From positions 1,418,274 to 1,482,273 of the forward strand of contig MU053645.1 in the NCBI GenBank assembly GCA_013239625.1: a stretch of 64,000 bases of DNA. The letters are read 5' to 3'. Positions 49,455 through 61,019 of the stretch are shown one piece after another. Position numbers and translations under genes: made by a program. Below the pieces are notes generated by a model. The model was not told the origin of the DNA, did no database searches, and was given only the letters and a program-made list of their open reading frames with translations. Every line of letters begins with the position of its first letter. The stretch's first letter is position 1. The DNA is from Lama guanicoe. Its lineage: Eukaryota.

Positions 49455-51570
49455 GATCCATATGATGTTCCTGGATGGTAAATTCAAACATGATAAAGAT
49501 ATTGATCCCTCTCTCTATGACCTATAAATGTACTATCATTCCCATCAAAATCACAATTGGGATTTTACTTTGGAAGGTGGACAAAATATATCTAAAGGTC
49601 ATATGGGATAATAAACAGGAAAGAATAGCTAAAATATTAAAATAAGATTTTCAAGGAAAAACATGCACAGTCACATAATAATCATCTCAAAAACTAAAAT
49701 AAACATAAAGGGCACCGGTGCTAGAACAGTTTACAGCAAGAGAATAACAAGTCTGGAAAGAGAGATGAATTTAAATGAGTGTTCAATATATAATAAATAT
49801 GGCACTTCAGTATAGGAGATGAAATATCAATTATTCAATAAATAATACTGGACTAATTGGCATACGATTTGAAAAAAATGTAAGCCCCTTTTCATAATAC
49901 GTATCAACTAAATTCCATGGAGAGTAGAAAGTTACATATGTTTCAATAAAAAGGAAAAAATTATGGATGGATATTTGAACACACAGTGGGGAAATTCTTA
50001 ATTCTAAGAATAAAGGTAAAAAGAAGTCATAATGAAAATGTTACAGATTTGACTACATCAGAATGTATATAAAAATGCCCTAAAGGGAAAATAGCTGGAG
50101 GAAATGCAACATAAAGTGAGACAGAAAGGGGGCAGGGCACAGCCATTCAAGAAATGCTACAGCAGTTAACACCAGAATGGTGAAAGATTCAACCCCCAGT
50201 AGGCCTTGAGGCTCAAGATGGTGAGAGATTTGACTTCTGGTAGAACTTGAGCTTCATTATACGCCCATTGTAATACATTAACGTGGTGAATAACATGCCC
50301 ACAGGCACCGTGACAATCCCAAGGCTAGCCACAAAGGGTCAAAGAGTGGGAAATGGCCAACTTCCTGGGAATCCCAGCCCCTTCCCCAGGCTAGTTAGAC
50401 GGGTCCTTCCACTTATTAGCATATGAAGCCACCGAGTGGGTGTGTCTGGCAACACTGCACCTCATGGCTGATGACCCCCTCTCCCTCTTCAGACACTGTG
50501 TCTATGGAATGTGTACCTATTTTTACTCTAATCTGGGCACCCAACCCCCACACCTCGTGGCCTTTCTCTTGGCTTTTGATGTATCTCTAAATAAATCTAT
50601 CTTTACTCAACTGTGGCTTGCCCTTAAATTCTTTCCTACATGAAGCCAAGGACCCACACTTGGCAGGGCACATCCCAGGGGCTCAACCGAAGCCTGGGAC
50701 AGGGCCCTCCTCATGCCTCACATTTGCTTTTCCTGCATCAAAAGGACAGATAAGTGGTACTATATTGTTAATATATAAACACTTTTAAAAATCAATAAGA
50801 AAAGAGCACAACAATAAAAATTCAGAAAGAATACACACAGGAAATTCATAAGAGATATGAATGACTTATAGACATAAGAAAAGATGGTAAAGTTCTCTAG
50901 TGATCAAATAAATTAGAGCAAATTAGATAAGAGTTTTGCCTATAAAATTTGCAAAAATATGGAGAAACAAGCAGCATTTTAAAGAAACATAACATGTAGG
51001 AGTAAAAATGGAATAACATTTCTAGAGGACAATTTAGCAAAGAATTAAAGTTCTTAAAAATATGAAGTCCCTTATTCCTAGCAATGCCACCTCTAAGAAT
51101 TCATCCAACAAAAAAGAATCAGCAAAGCACAGAAATATTTATGTAGAGGCATGATTATCACAGTATTATATATAATAATGAAAAATAAATGTCTAACAAT
51201 GGAGGAGTGTGCACATAAGTTTAATAAAGTACTTATACAGCTATTAAATTTCTTTTGTAAAAGAATAGCTAATAAACTGGAAAAATGTTCACCATAGAAA
51301 CTTAAGTGAAAAAAAACAGGTTCTAAAAGAATGTATTTAATATCATCCCAACTTTATAAAATGAATATATATGTGGTTGGGAGTGTATGTATGTGTGTGT
51401 GTGAGTGTGTGTGTAGAAAAGATTGGAAAGAAAAGCTCCAAAATATTAACAATATATTCTCTAAATATCAGGATTATAGGTAACTTAAGTGTTCTTTGTG
51501 TTTGTCAGTCCTTTCCACATTTTAAAAATGAACATGTGTTACTTTGAATCAGAGAAAAACACACAATAAA
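49455..51570 (+). mobile_element. Very old L1ME-type ORF2/3' remnant split by an ERV1 LTR
   Basis: Decayed L1 motifs on both sides of 50117-50740 (ATTCCCATCAAAATC, GAGGACAATTTAGCAA, GCAATGCCACCTCTAAGAAT). Confidence 0.6.
50117..50740 (+). mobile_element. MER41-like ERV1 complete solo LTR
   Basis: TG..CA termini; 4-bp TSD AAAG at 50113-50116 and 50741-50744; colinear MER41 blocks CAAGATGG..TGACTTCTGG, TCATTATACGC, TTAGCATAT, AATAAA, AATTCTTTC..CCAAG. Confidence 0.85.
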
Positions 51571-51746
51571 TGTTACTTTACAAATTGAGCTCTTTGGATT
51601 TGGGCTCTTGCTTTTTTTTTAAATTTTTATAATTAAAAAAATCTTCACATGCCCATGCAAACAGACAGAAGACTCAGGGTGTATATGTCAGCTTTGCAAA
51701 ATATATTAAGAAACAAAAAGTGCCATTTCAAGATAAAGTATTCTTC

Positions 51747-51872
51747 CTTGTAATAATCTATAATGAAAAAGTATATAAAAATATATATATATGTATGACT
51801 GAATCACTATTGTGTACACCAGAAAGACACATTGTAAATCAACTATACTTCGATTTGAAAAATGACCCAAAA
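51747..51872 (+). mobile_element. Short young L1 3' end
   Basis: 3'UTR terminus (GTACACCAGAAA..CATTGTAAATCAACTATACTTC); 17-bp TSD AAGATAAA(G/T)T(A/G)TTCTTC at 51730-51746 and 51873-51889. Confidence 0.8.
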
Positions 51873-51989
51873 AAGATAAATTGTTCTTCAATCCATCCCT
51901 TCCTTTCTAACCTCAGAGAAAATATGTTATTCTTCCTTAAACACTTCCATCCCTACTCATGCCATCCCACCCCATCCTTACCCCAGGAA

Positions 51990-52475
51990 CAAATGCAAAG
52001 TCAAAGGCCATACTACAGAGCATGGCAAGCAGGCCTTTCCCAACCTGTCCCCACCTCTTCCTCAAACTTTATCTCCCATCATGTCTAACCTCACTGATAA
52101 ATCCACAGTAACACTGAACTGCTGAATAGACCGTGTTTCTTCCTACCTTCTTGCCTTAGCCCACATTGTTCTCTCTTCCAGGAATGCCCTTTCCTCACCT
52201 CTTCACTCAAATAACTTCTACTTCTCTTTCAAGACTTCACTCGAGGCATCATATCCTCTAGGATCTCTACCTCAAAGCTGGTTTGGGTGCTCCTACTGAG
52301 ATTCAGAATTACCCAACGTATACCTCAAAAACCATATTACACTTTTTAAAGCTTTATTTACAAGTCTCCACTGTGAGACTATGAATTCTCCAAGCACGAG
52401 GATGATGTTTTTACACACCCCTGTATTCCTAGAACATAGCACAATGCCCAGCTCAAGAACTGTTCGTAAAATCAA
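51990..52475 (+). mobile_element. L2 3' part
   Basis: CCAGGAATGCCCTTTCC..TTCAAGACT..GTATTCCTAGAACATAGCACAATGCCCAGC. Confidence 0.7.
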
Positions 52476-52599
52476 AAAAAGTGTGCTCCTCCCACTCATT
52501 CAGAGGGTGGTCCCTTGAACACAATCCCACAACATTGATCTCAGAAAATTAGGTAGATTATTGTTGCCCTGAGAATTGTCTCTAAGATAAGCAAGATCC

Positions 52600-52800
52600 A
52601 GGAAGTTATTGGCCTGCTATGTGTAACAGCAGTCAGTTCCTCTTAGAGAAGTCCAGCCAGCCCGAGTTTCTGCACATTAAGACAAGCCAGAGAGCTACAG
52701 AAAAGTCACAGAAATGCTCCAGGAGTTCAAAGAAACTACCCCAAGGAAATATCAGAAAACTATAAAAGACATGGGGTCTTTCAACCAGCAATCAATTGGC
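52600..52800 (+). mobile_element. Possible CR1/L3 remnant
   Basis: Loose resemblance to the L3 ORF2 3' region (CACATTAAGACAAG..AAAAGACATGGGGTCTTTCAACC). Confidence 0.3.
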
Positions 52801-53689
52801 CAATCTCCCTTCCTGGTGGGAAGGGAGAAAACCGCAAGGAGTGAGCATAAAATGACCTTGGGCAGAACACAGATGAACACAAAGTCTTGCCATTTGAAGA
52901 GCTGCTGGAGGAAGGTTTGTCCTTCTTGAGCTCTTGGGAACCTTCAGGCTACTGTCATATCTGGCTGGAAGCCTTCAGCATACAAAAGCAAAAATGCAGT
53001 GGGAGAGCGGAGGAATTAAGAAAGGAGCTGGAAATTAGGAAATAAACCTGGTAAACATTGTGATGTGTAAAATGTTGTCTTACAATTATTACAACAAATA
53101 CTTGTAAAAACACTTTAACTTAATGTAAAGATTTTCTTCATTGGAAAGAAAACAGCATGAAGTTAACACCTGGGTCTCATTAATATGCATGACAACCTGT
53201 TTCCAAGATAAACAACAGTATTCATGTAAACCATTTAATATAAAAGCCATCACACAGAGACATAAGGCATCCAATTCATGCTGAGTTTTTAATTTAAATT
53301 TAGTCCGTAATTGGGCTGTTTAAACTGAGCATCAAAAAAATTAAACATTTCAGTTTACATTAATTTTGGTTGGAACTTATGGAACTGTAAGTAATATTTA
53401 GTTGTGAAATTGGTAAATCATCTGAGTTTAGGGGTAGGGAAAAGCTTATGTCCATAGCTAACACAGATGGTCCAACTCAGAAACATAATATATTGAACCT
53501 CAAAGGGTTAAAATCTCCAGCCAATCCCTTGTGCATTGGTCACATCATGACTAGTGTAAACTGTGTTGAACATGACAATACCTGGCTCTGATTCATCGGT
53601 TAGCACATTTTCCCTTATGTAACAAACTGCCTTTAGCTGGTTAGCTCTACGCTGTGTTAGTAAGGCCAATAATAGCAATAGTAGTCCTC

Positions 53690-54160
53690 GTGATTACACA
53701 GCATGCCACTCCTCATTCTTCCCAGGTTCTGCTCTGTCTCAAAGAGGGGGAGATGACCTCAGTAGGCCACCTTTCCCAGGTTCCCACGTGATCTGGTTTT
53801 GAGCTAGATCAGCCAATGGGAGGTATTGGAGGAAGACTGTTGTGCAGTAGGAAGGGAGAAACCAGGGTTTCTGTCCCTCCTTCTCCACCTAGGGTGGCAT
53901 CTCCTATAGCAGCTGAATCTTCCCGGTAGATTCAGTTCCTGACAGACAGGCACAGTAAGTTGCTAGCTTACCTCAGATGACCAAGCCTCTGGCTCTGTTA
54001 ACACCACCTCTTCCCATTGTTCCGTGGAGCCCTAGTTTCTGTTGTTAATCTATGGATGATTTTACTATCCCTGCTTGGCATCTCAGTTCCTCCATCCCCA
54101 TTGTTACCAATTCCCCATATTACATTCCTTTTATTGTCAACCCTTGAAGTGATTTAATTT
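53690..54160 (+). mobile_element. LTR33-like (ERVL) LTR
   Basis: CTGCTCTGT..CAGCCAATGGGAGG..GGAAGGGAGAAACCAGGGT..GTTAACACCACCTCTTCCC. Confidence 0.7.
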
Positions 54161-54169
54161 TGAGTGGTG

Positions 54170-54730
54170 TAAAACTACCACATTAGGCACTATACTAAGT
54201 GTTTGGCATGCATCGTTGTCATTGAATTCTCACCATTTGCTCTATATCAGGTCACTGTTATTATCCCCATTTTAAATACGAGGAAACTGAAGCACAAAAA
54301 GTTTAAATAATTTGCCCCAAATCACATAGCAAGTGATGGGTTTGAACCCAGATCTATCTACATGTCCCATATTAAATTTCTATACTGTGCCATAGCTATC
54401 TAAAATAAAAGGATTTAACTAGATGACCTCAAAAGTTTCCTTGCAGTATTGGCACTCTATGAAACCATTCTACCATGCATTTACTTATTCAATGAATATT
54501 TATTGAGCACCAACTACATACCAGTCATTGTTTCTAGGCTTCAGGGACACCTCAGTGATTAAAAGAGCCTAAATTCCTGCACTTAAATATCTTTGATTCA
54601 ACTGGATGATAACAGACAATAAGGAACTAAATAAATAGTATGTTTAATATAGCAGATGGTGGTAAGTACTACGGAGAAAAAAATAAGTGCAGTGGAAGGA
54701 TAAAGAGTGCCAAGAAGAGCAAGTGTTGAA
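54170..54730 (-). mobile_element. MIR (about 54170-54390) followed by an L2 3' end (about 54475-54730)
   Basis: ATCCCCATTTTA..GAGGAAACTGAAGCAC; AATATTTATTGAGCACCAACTACATACCAG. Confidence 0.8.
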
Positions 54731-54742
54731 ATTTTAGTTTTT

Positions 54743-54828
54743 TTTTTTTTTTTACATTTTTATTGATTCATAATCATTTTACAGTGTTGTGTCAAATTCC
54801 AGTGTTCAGTACAATTTTTCAGTCATAC
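54743..54828 (-). mobile_element. 86-bp extreme 3' end of a young camelid-type L1
   Basis: Reverse complement matches 15840-15915; poly-T; perfect 15-bp TSD GAAATTTTAGTTTTT at 54728-54742 and 54829-54843. Confidence 0.9.
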
Positions 54829-55004
54829 GAAATTTTAGTTTTTATAAAACTGGTCATCCTATCTGCGTTTCCCCTTTCATAGGCACACTAGATAAATTGC
54901 AAAGAATAATGAAGGGTGGAAAAGCTTCTTCTTAAATACTCAGTTAAATTCAATTAAACTCAACAAATATTTACTAGAACCTTCTATAGTAAGTATTCTC
55001 TTAA

Positions 55005-55368
55005 CAAATTCTCCATTTAACCAACTCACTCGATTATCAAAATTTCTCCATGCCCTCTGTAAAACATACTAACTGATGTCTGAGGTTTACTAGGCCACTG
55101 CTTTTGGTAGGCTAATGTCTAATTTTTCCATGTGCTTCTGCTCCCACTCATAGTGCTCTAGGCTTACTTGGGTTTGCTTACAAAACCTGTTTCTGCCAAT
55201 TCTACTTGTTATTTGATTGTGTAGTCTAATAAAATGCTATGTAAAGTATATGTGAGAAAAGAGATTTTTTTTTCTCTAAAAAACAACATGAAAAGATTTG
55301 GAAAGACTGAATCACTTAAAAATTGCTGTCAGTTAGGTGTGAATGAAACACCATAAAATTATGGAAAG
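55005..55368 (+). mobile_element. Possible ancient Tigger-type remnant
   Basis: AAAATTGCTGTCAGTTAGGTGTGAATGAAACACCATAAAA resembles a decayed HTH_psq segment (KIAVELGVGETT-like). Confidence 0.4.
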
Positions 55369-57116
55369 CATTGATGAAAGAAATATAACATAAATGAATG
55401 GAAACATACCCCATGTTCATGGGTTGGAAGACTTCATATTGTTAAGCTGTCAATACTACCCAAAGTGAGCTACAGATTCAATGCAATCCCTATCAAAATC
55501 ACAAAAATAGGAAAACCCATCCTAAAATTCATATGGAATCTCAGGGGACCCCAAATAGCTAAAACAATCATGAAAAAGAAGAACACAGCTGGAGGGCTCA
55601 CACTTGCTGATTTCAAAATTTACTATAAAACTATAGTACTCAAAATCCTATGGTTCTGCCATAAAGACAGATATATAAGTGATATTATATGGTGTTCTTT
55701 AAAAAAAAGACAAATGAACTTATTTACAAAACAGATTCACAGACATACAAAACAAACTTATGGTTACCAGAGGGGAAATGGATAAGTTGGGAGTTCGAGA
55801 TTTGCAGATACTAACTACTATATATAAAATAGGTAAACAACAAGTTTCTGCTGTATAGCACAGGGAACTATATTCAATACCTTACAGCAACCTATAATGA
55901 AAAAGAATGGGAAAACAAATATATGCATGTATACATATGACCAAAACATTATGTTGTAACTGACTATACTTCAGTTAAAAAAAGATAGTTAGAAGACAAG
56001 CCACAGACTGGGAGAAAATATTTGCAAAAGACACATTTGATAAAGGACTGTTATACAAAATAAACAAAAAATTCTTAAAACTCAACAATAAAAAAAAATC
56101 ACTTAATTTAAAAATGGGCCAAAGACCTTAAACAAACACCTCATCAAGGAAGATAGACAGGTGGCAAATAAGCATATGAAAAGATGCTCTACCTCATATG
56201 TCATCATGGAAATGCAAATTGAAACAACACTGAGATACCACTACATACCTATTAGAATGGTCAAAATCCAGAACCCTGACAACACCAAATGCTGGAGAGG
56301 GTGTGGAGCAATAGGAATTCTCATTTGTTGCTGGTGGGAATGCAACATGGTACAGCTACTTTGGAAGACAGTTTGGCAGTTTCTTACAAAACTAAACATA
56401 CTCTTACCAAATGATTCAGCAATCACATTCTTTGGCATTTACCCAAAGGAGTTGAAAACTTGTGTCTATGGAAAAACCTGCACGTGGATATTTATAGCAG
56501 TTTTATTCATAATTACCAAAGCTTAGAAGCAACCCAGATGTCCTTCAGTAGGTGAATGGACAAATAAATTGAGGTACATCCAGACAATGGAATATTATTC
56601 AGCCCTAAAAAGAAATGAGCTATCAAGCCACAAAAAGGTATCAGGGAAACTTAAATACATATTACTATGTGAAAGAAGCCAATCTGAAAAGGCTGCATAC
56701 TGTATGATTCCAACTATATGACATTCTGGGAAAGGCAAAATTATGGAGACAATAAAAAGATCAGTGGTTTCTGTGGGTGTGGAAGATGAATAGACATACC
56801 ATAGGGAATTTTTAGGGCAGTGAAAACACTGTGCATGATATTATAATAACGGATATATGTCACTATACATTTGTCCAAACTCATAGAATGTACAACACCA
56901 ACAGTGAACCATAAGGTAAACTATGGGCTTTGGGAGCTTATCATATGTCAATGTAGGTTCATCCTCGGTAAAAAAAAAAAATTGTACCATTCTGGTGAGT
57001 CATGTTGACAATGGGGGAGGCTATACATGTTTGGGAGCAGGGGTATATGAGAAATCTCTGTACCTTACTCTCAATTTTGTTTTAAACCTAAAACTTCTCT
57101 AAAAATATAAAGACCT
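55368..57116 (+). mobile_element. L1MC1-like element (ORF2 pieces plus 3'UTR) with a nested younger L1 3' end at about 55680-55982
   Basis: ORF2 peptides YRFNAIPIK and KCWRGCGAIGILICCWWEC; L1MC1-type 3'UTR (GTAAACTATGG..GTCAATGTAGGTTCATC..GAAATCTCTGTACCTT). Confidence 0.85.
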
Positions 57117-57330
57117 TGGAGACTACAGTTAATAATTGCATATTTGGTGAGGGAGTAGTTCTTAAAAGTTCTCATCACAAGAAAAAGATTCTGTAACTAT
57201 ATACGATGATGGATGTTAAGTAGACTTATCGTGGTAATCATTTTGCAGTACATACCAATATCAAACTGTTATGTTGTACACCTGAAACTAATATAATGTT
57301 GTATGTCAACTATACTTCAATAAAATAAAA
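57117..57330 (+). mobile_element. Short L1 3'UTR inserted in the tail of the L1MC1
   Basis: TTCTCATCACAAGAAAA..TGTTGTACACCTGAAACTAATATAATG..AATAAA; repeat ATAAAG(A/T)CCT at 57107-57116 and 57331-57340. Confidence 0.75.
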
Positions 57331-57344
57331 ATAAAGTCCTACTT

Positions 57345-57700
57345 AAAAAGTGGTATTTGAGACAAGCATTGAAAGATGAATTTGATTTTGACAGGTAGGA
57401 ATGAACTGTTGAAGAGAGCAGGGCATAGAAGGAGCAGAAGGAGTGATCTGCAAAGGTCAACTGCAGGGGTCGATGGGGACAGTTTAAGCAAAAGCACAAA
57501 GACTTCAGGAAAACACATGGCATATTCAACGAGCAAGTAATATAGTTAGTCTGGAGCTTATGTCAATCGCCTAGGACAAATTGCCAAGAGAGGCTATGGC
57601 AATCACGTGGCAGACCCTGAATTCCAAGATAAGGAATCAGAACGTGATTCTCCAGGAATTAGGGAGGCACTAAAGGTTTTTGAGCAGAATTATGTACTTT
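57345..57700 (-). mobile_element. L2 fragment
   Basis: TTGAAAGATGAAT..AGCAAAAGCACAAAG..CCCTGAATTCCAAGATAAGGAAT..TTTTGAGCAG. Confidence 0.55.
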
Positions 57701-57974
57701 TAGCATATATATAACATAGAAAGGTGATTGTCTTGATCTTTCACCTCTGCTCTATAACATGTCAGTGTCAGTAATATTATCTGAGTTATCTCTATCTAGA
57801 CAAATAACCCTTGGGCCAGTTACTTACTACCGTTAGGTACTTCTGAGGCATTTTAAGGTACTGGTTAAATATTTGGTTCCTCAAGGAAGGCTGAGTTTAA
57901 TTCTTTATCTCTACTACTATCTGCATTCTTTATCTTAGACTAGTTACTCAGAGTACTCTTTACACAAAATCTTT

Positions 57975-58190
57975 AAACAGTACAGTGTAGTAGTTAAGGG
58001 AGTGATTTGTAGAGTCGTTTAAAATCACCAGGCTCCAGCTGTGTAACCTACATTGAGAAATGGAAGCTCTCTGAGCCTATTTCCTCATCTGTAAAATAAT
58101 ATCAATAATAGTACCCAATATCATATAGTTTTTGTGGGTGTTACATTAGAACATGCTTAGAACATAGTAAATTCTCAATAGGGTGTTGTT
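57975..58190 (+). mobile_element. MIR
   Basis: GTGTAGTAGTTAAG..CTCTGAGCCTATTTCCTCATCTGTAAAAT. Confidence 0.75.
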
Positions 58191-59119
58191 ACAATTTGTA
58201 TACAGACAGATTTTAGTGGGTTTTTCAGACTGGCAGAAGTAATATCATTTAACATCATATCTTTTAACATAACGTAACATCACGTCTTCTAACATAATAG
58301 CATGTCTTTGAGAAAATTTTTTCAGAATTTTAGTGGGGAGCAGAGGACATCTTACAAAAAAACTTCTCATTCATTTACCTCTCATTCATTCATTCATTCA
58401 AAGTTGAAGCCTTTATAAAAATCGACTTTTACTCTGAAATTCTTCAAGCACAACAAAAAATATATTTTGCTTCTGTGTCTTTGGCAAGCTCACCATGTCT
58501 GTGATTCATTAGTGTCACAGGAGCGACTGAAATATTTTGGTTTCCATCTCAGTTGAAAGAAATATTGTCGCCTTTTCAGTGCAAAACATTAAATGCATTC
58601 TGATATTTATCTTCTTTTTAAAAATCCTGTTCTGATTATAATTAGCATATCCATTAGTAACCATCAGATGTGCCAAACTTGGCTGAAACGTATTGATAAA
58701 TCACATTCTATGCTGGAGCCTTAATACGACTCCATCCTCAAAACTCATTCCAGGAGAGGATCTTCCAGGTGCCTGAGCACGGCTGAGGACTCTGCAGGAG
58801 TATTCCCTCACTCTTACAGAGCTCTCACTTCCACCTAGTACCCTTTAATACGGTCCCCCTTGGCCCATATGACACGCTGGTGAGACAGCTGTCTGAGCCT
58901 CTCAGGTTATGTAGTCCTCAAATCATATTAGAATCAGTCCTGCTATGAATCACTTGTGCAAACACTTCAGGCATTTCTGGGGTGGGTTACAGAATTGTCA
59001 CCAGATGTTTCCACGTTCACACCTTCAATTCTGAAAAGCCAATATGCCATGTTTATTTCCCTATCCAGAAACATGGATGGCAAGGTTGTGAACGGAAAGG
59101 AAAATGGTGCTTGCCAGTG

Positions 59120-59375
59120 CGTAGGACAATATAGTTTAGTCAAAAGTGCATGGCCTTTGGAGACCCAGGTACCTGTGTTTGATGACAATTCCATCACTTA
59201 CTTGCTATGTTATCTCGGGGCAACTAATATCACCTCCTGGAGCCCTTAATTTTCTTATCTGGAAAATGGGGTAATAATAGTACCTACCTCATAGACTTGT
59301 TGAGGATTAAATTAAAAGAGAAAAAGAAAACTGTAAAGCATAGCACATAAGAGGCACTAAATAAATATTAGATTC
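59120..59375 (+). mobile_element. MIR
   Basis: CCATCACTTACTTGCTATGT..ATCTGGAAAATGGGGTAATAATAGTACCTACCTCATAG..GAGGATTAAAT. Confidence 0.85.
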
Positions 59376-60529
59376 TCTTTGTGATTTGCAGGTTTCTACT
59401 GTCAAAACAACAGCACTTCTCAGGCCATTCCCTATGTGTAACCCCTCTAGTACTACGCATTGTTGAATGTAGAATAATGTTTTTGTTGCATAAGAAGTAG
59501 CTGTATGTTTTTACTTTTGTTTTCTAACAAAATACTGACTTTAAAAAGATAGGGATGATCTTGGTCTATTGGAAAGAGTTTTTCTCTCAATCCCTTCCCA
59601 CTCATATACAATGTGTAACTCTTCTAAGCCAACTTGAAATTGCAACAATAGAACTCATATTGATTGCCCACCCTGAAATCATAAAATTTTCTCTTGCCCT
59701 AATAAGATCTTCATCTTCTCAGAAAGAAAAATTAATTTATATGTTTAAAAGTTTGAACAGTATTGTATGTACAGAAAAGACTTTCTTATTGTTTCATTAT
59801 TTAATTACACAATCATTGCTTTATTCCTCCTCCCGCAAATGCACATAGAAAAGACTTCTTAATGGATTTTACTCCCTTTTATTAGTTTCCCTCTTCCCCT
59901 AGTCTACTCACCCCACCCACTCCAGTTTCAAACACTCGTTCCCACTAAAGATCATTCTACGACGATTTAAGCAGTACTGAGTGGACAGTAGCCAAACAAT
60001 TTATCCTGTTCTGCTGCTTCCAAGTGATAGTCATCAGTCATTCCTAAACAAATATGTAGAAGGTAGCTGACCACGTCATATGGATTTATAGTTGCTCAGA
60101 TCTTTATTACCTATATTTTGTATACTCCAGCAACTTGTTCAGCTAGTCAACTGGAGAGAAGACTTTTAGGGCAAATATCAGGGACAGGAAAATGAGGCCA
60201 AAGAGTATGGAGGTATAAAGCAAATAAGCAGAGGGTATAGGCACAAGTCATCAATTCCATGCTCCTTTATATCAAAGCATTGATGATTTTATTTACATGG
60301 ATCGTGAACATTTTGAAGACATTTCTATTTAGGGAAAAGTTTAGGATGGTCTCAGAAACTGAACTCAACAGCACCTTTGTGTAAAAATAAAATGATGGTT
60401 TGGGCTTTAGTTACGATACTCTTTATCTATATTTTAAATTTACAAGTCAGTTCGGAGGGAAACACACAAGTTCCAGAATAGGTTGTGTTAAAAATATCCA
60501 TCTTTAATCGTTTTCCCCAACCTGGTTTG

Positions 60530-60680
60530 GGGTTTTTTAGGGTTTTTTGTTTTGTTTTGTTTTTGGCAGGGGGAGGTAATTACATTTACCTTATTCTTTT
60601 TTAGAGGAGGTGCTGGGAATTGAACCCAGGACCTTGTGTGTGCTGAGCATGTGCTCTACCACTTGAGCTATACCCTCCCC
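60530..60680 (-). mobile_element. Camelid tRNA-derived SINE (Vic-1 type)
   Basis: Minus strand reads GGGGAGGGTATAGCTCAAGTGGTAGAGCACATGCTCAGC..GGTCCTGGGTTCAATTCCCAGCACCTCC (A and B boxes), TAATTACCTCCCCC, A-rich tail; perfect 16-bp TSD TCCCCAACCTGGTTTG at 60514-60529 and 60681-60696. Confidence 0.92.
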
Positions 60681-61019
60681 TCCCCAACCTGGTTTGATAT
60701 AGATCAGTCATAAGTCCTATTATGTAGCATATACTCCCACACTTTCTTAAATGGAGGCTACTAAATATAATTTAGTCTTTTCTAGATGTTCCAATGTCTT
60801 TAAAATTAATGGGAACGATTGCACTATTCTATATAAACTATCACACAAAATTAAAATACAGTGTAACACTAATAGTCCCAATGCTAAGTGACCCCAGACT
60901 ATGGTACTTTTTGAGATTTTTATGACATATTTCATTGTTTCCTTCTTCACTTAGACAAGTATAAGCTATCATTTCTTACTGTTATCAGTTTTCCTTTAAG
61001 CAGATTTTCTTTCTAATTT

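Noticed and set aside
60605..60680. tRNA gene on the minus strand
   Set aside because: The tRNA-like head is followed by a SINE body and tail and flanked by a TSD, so it is a SINE.
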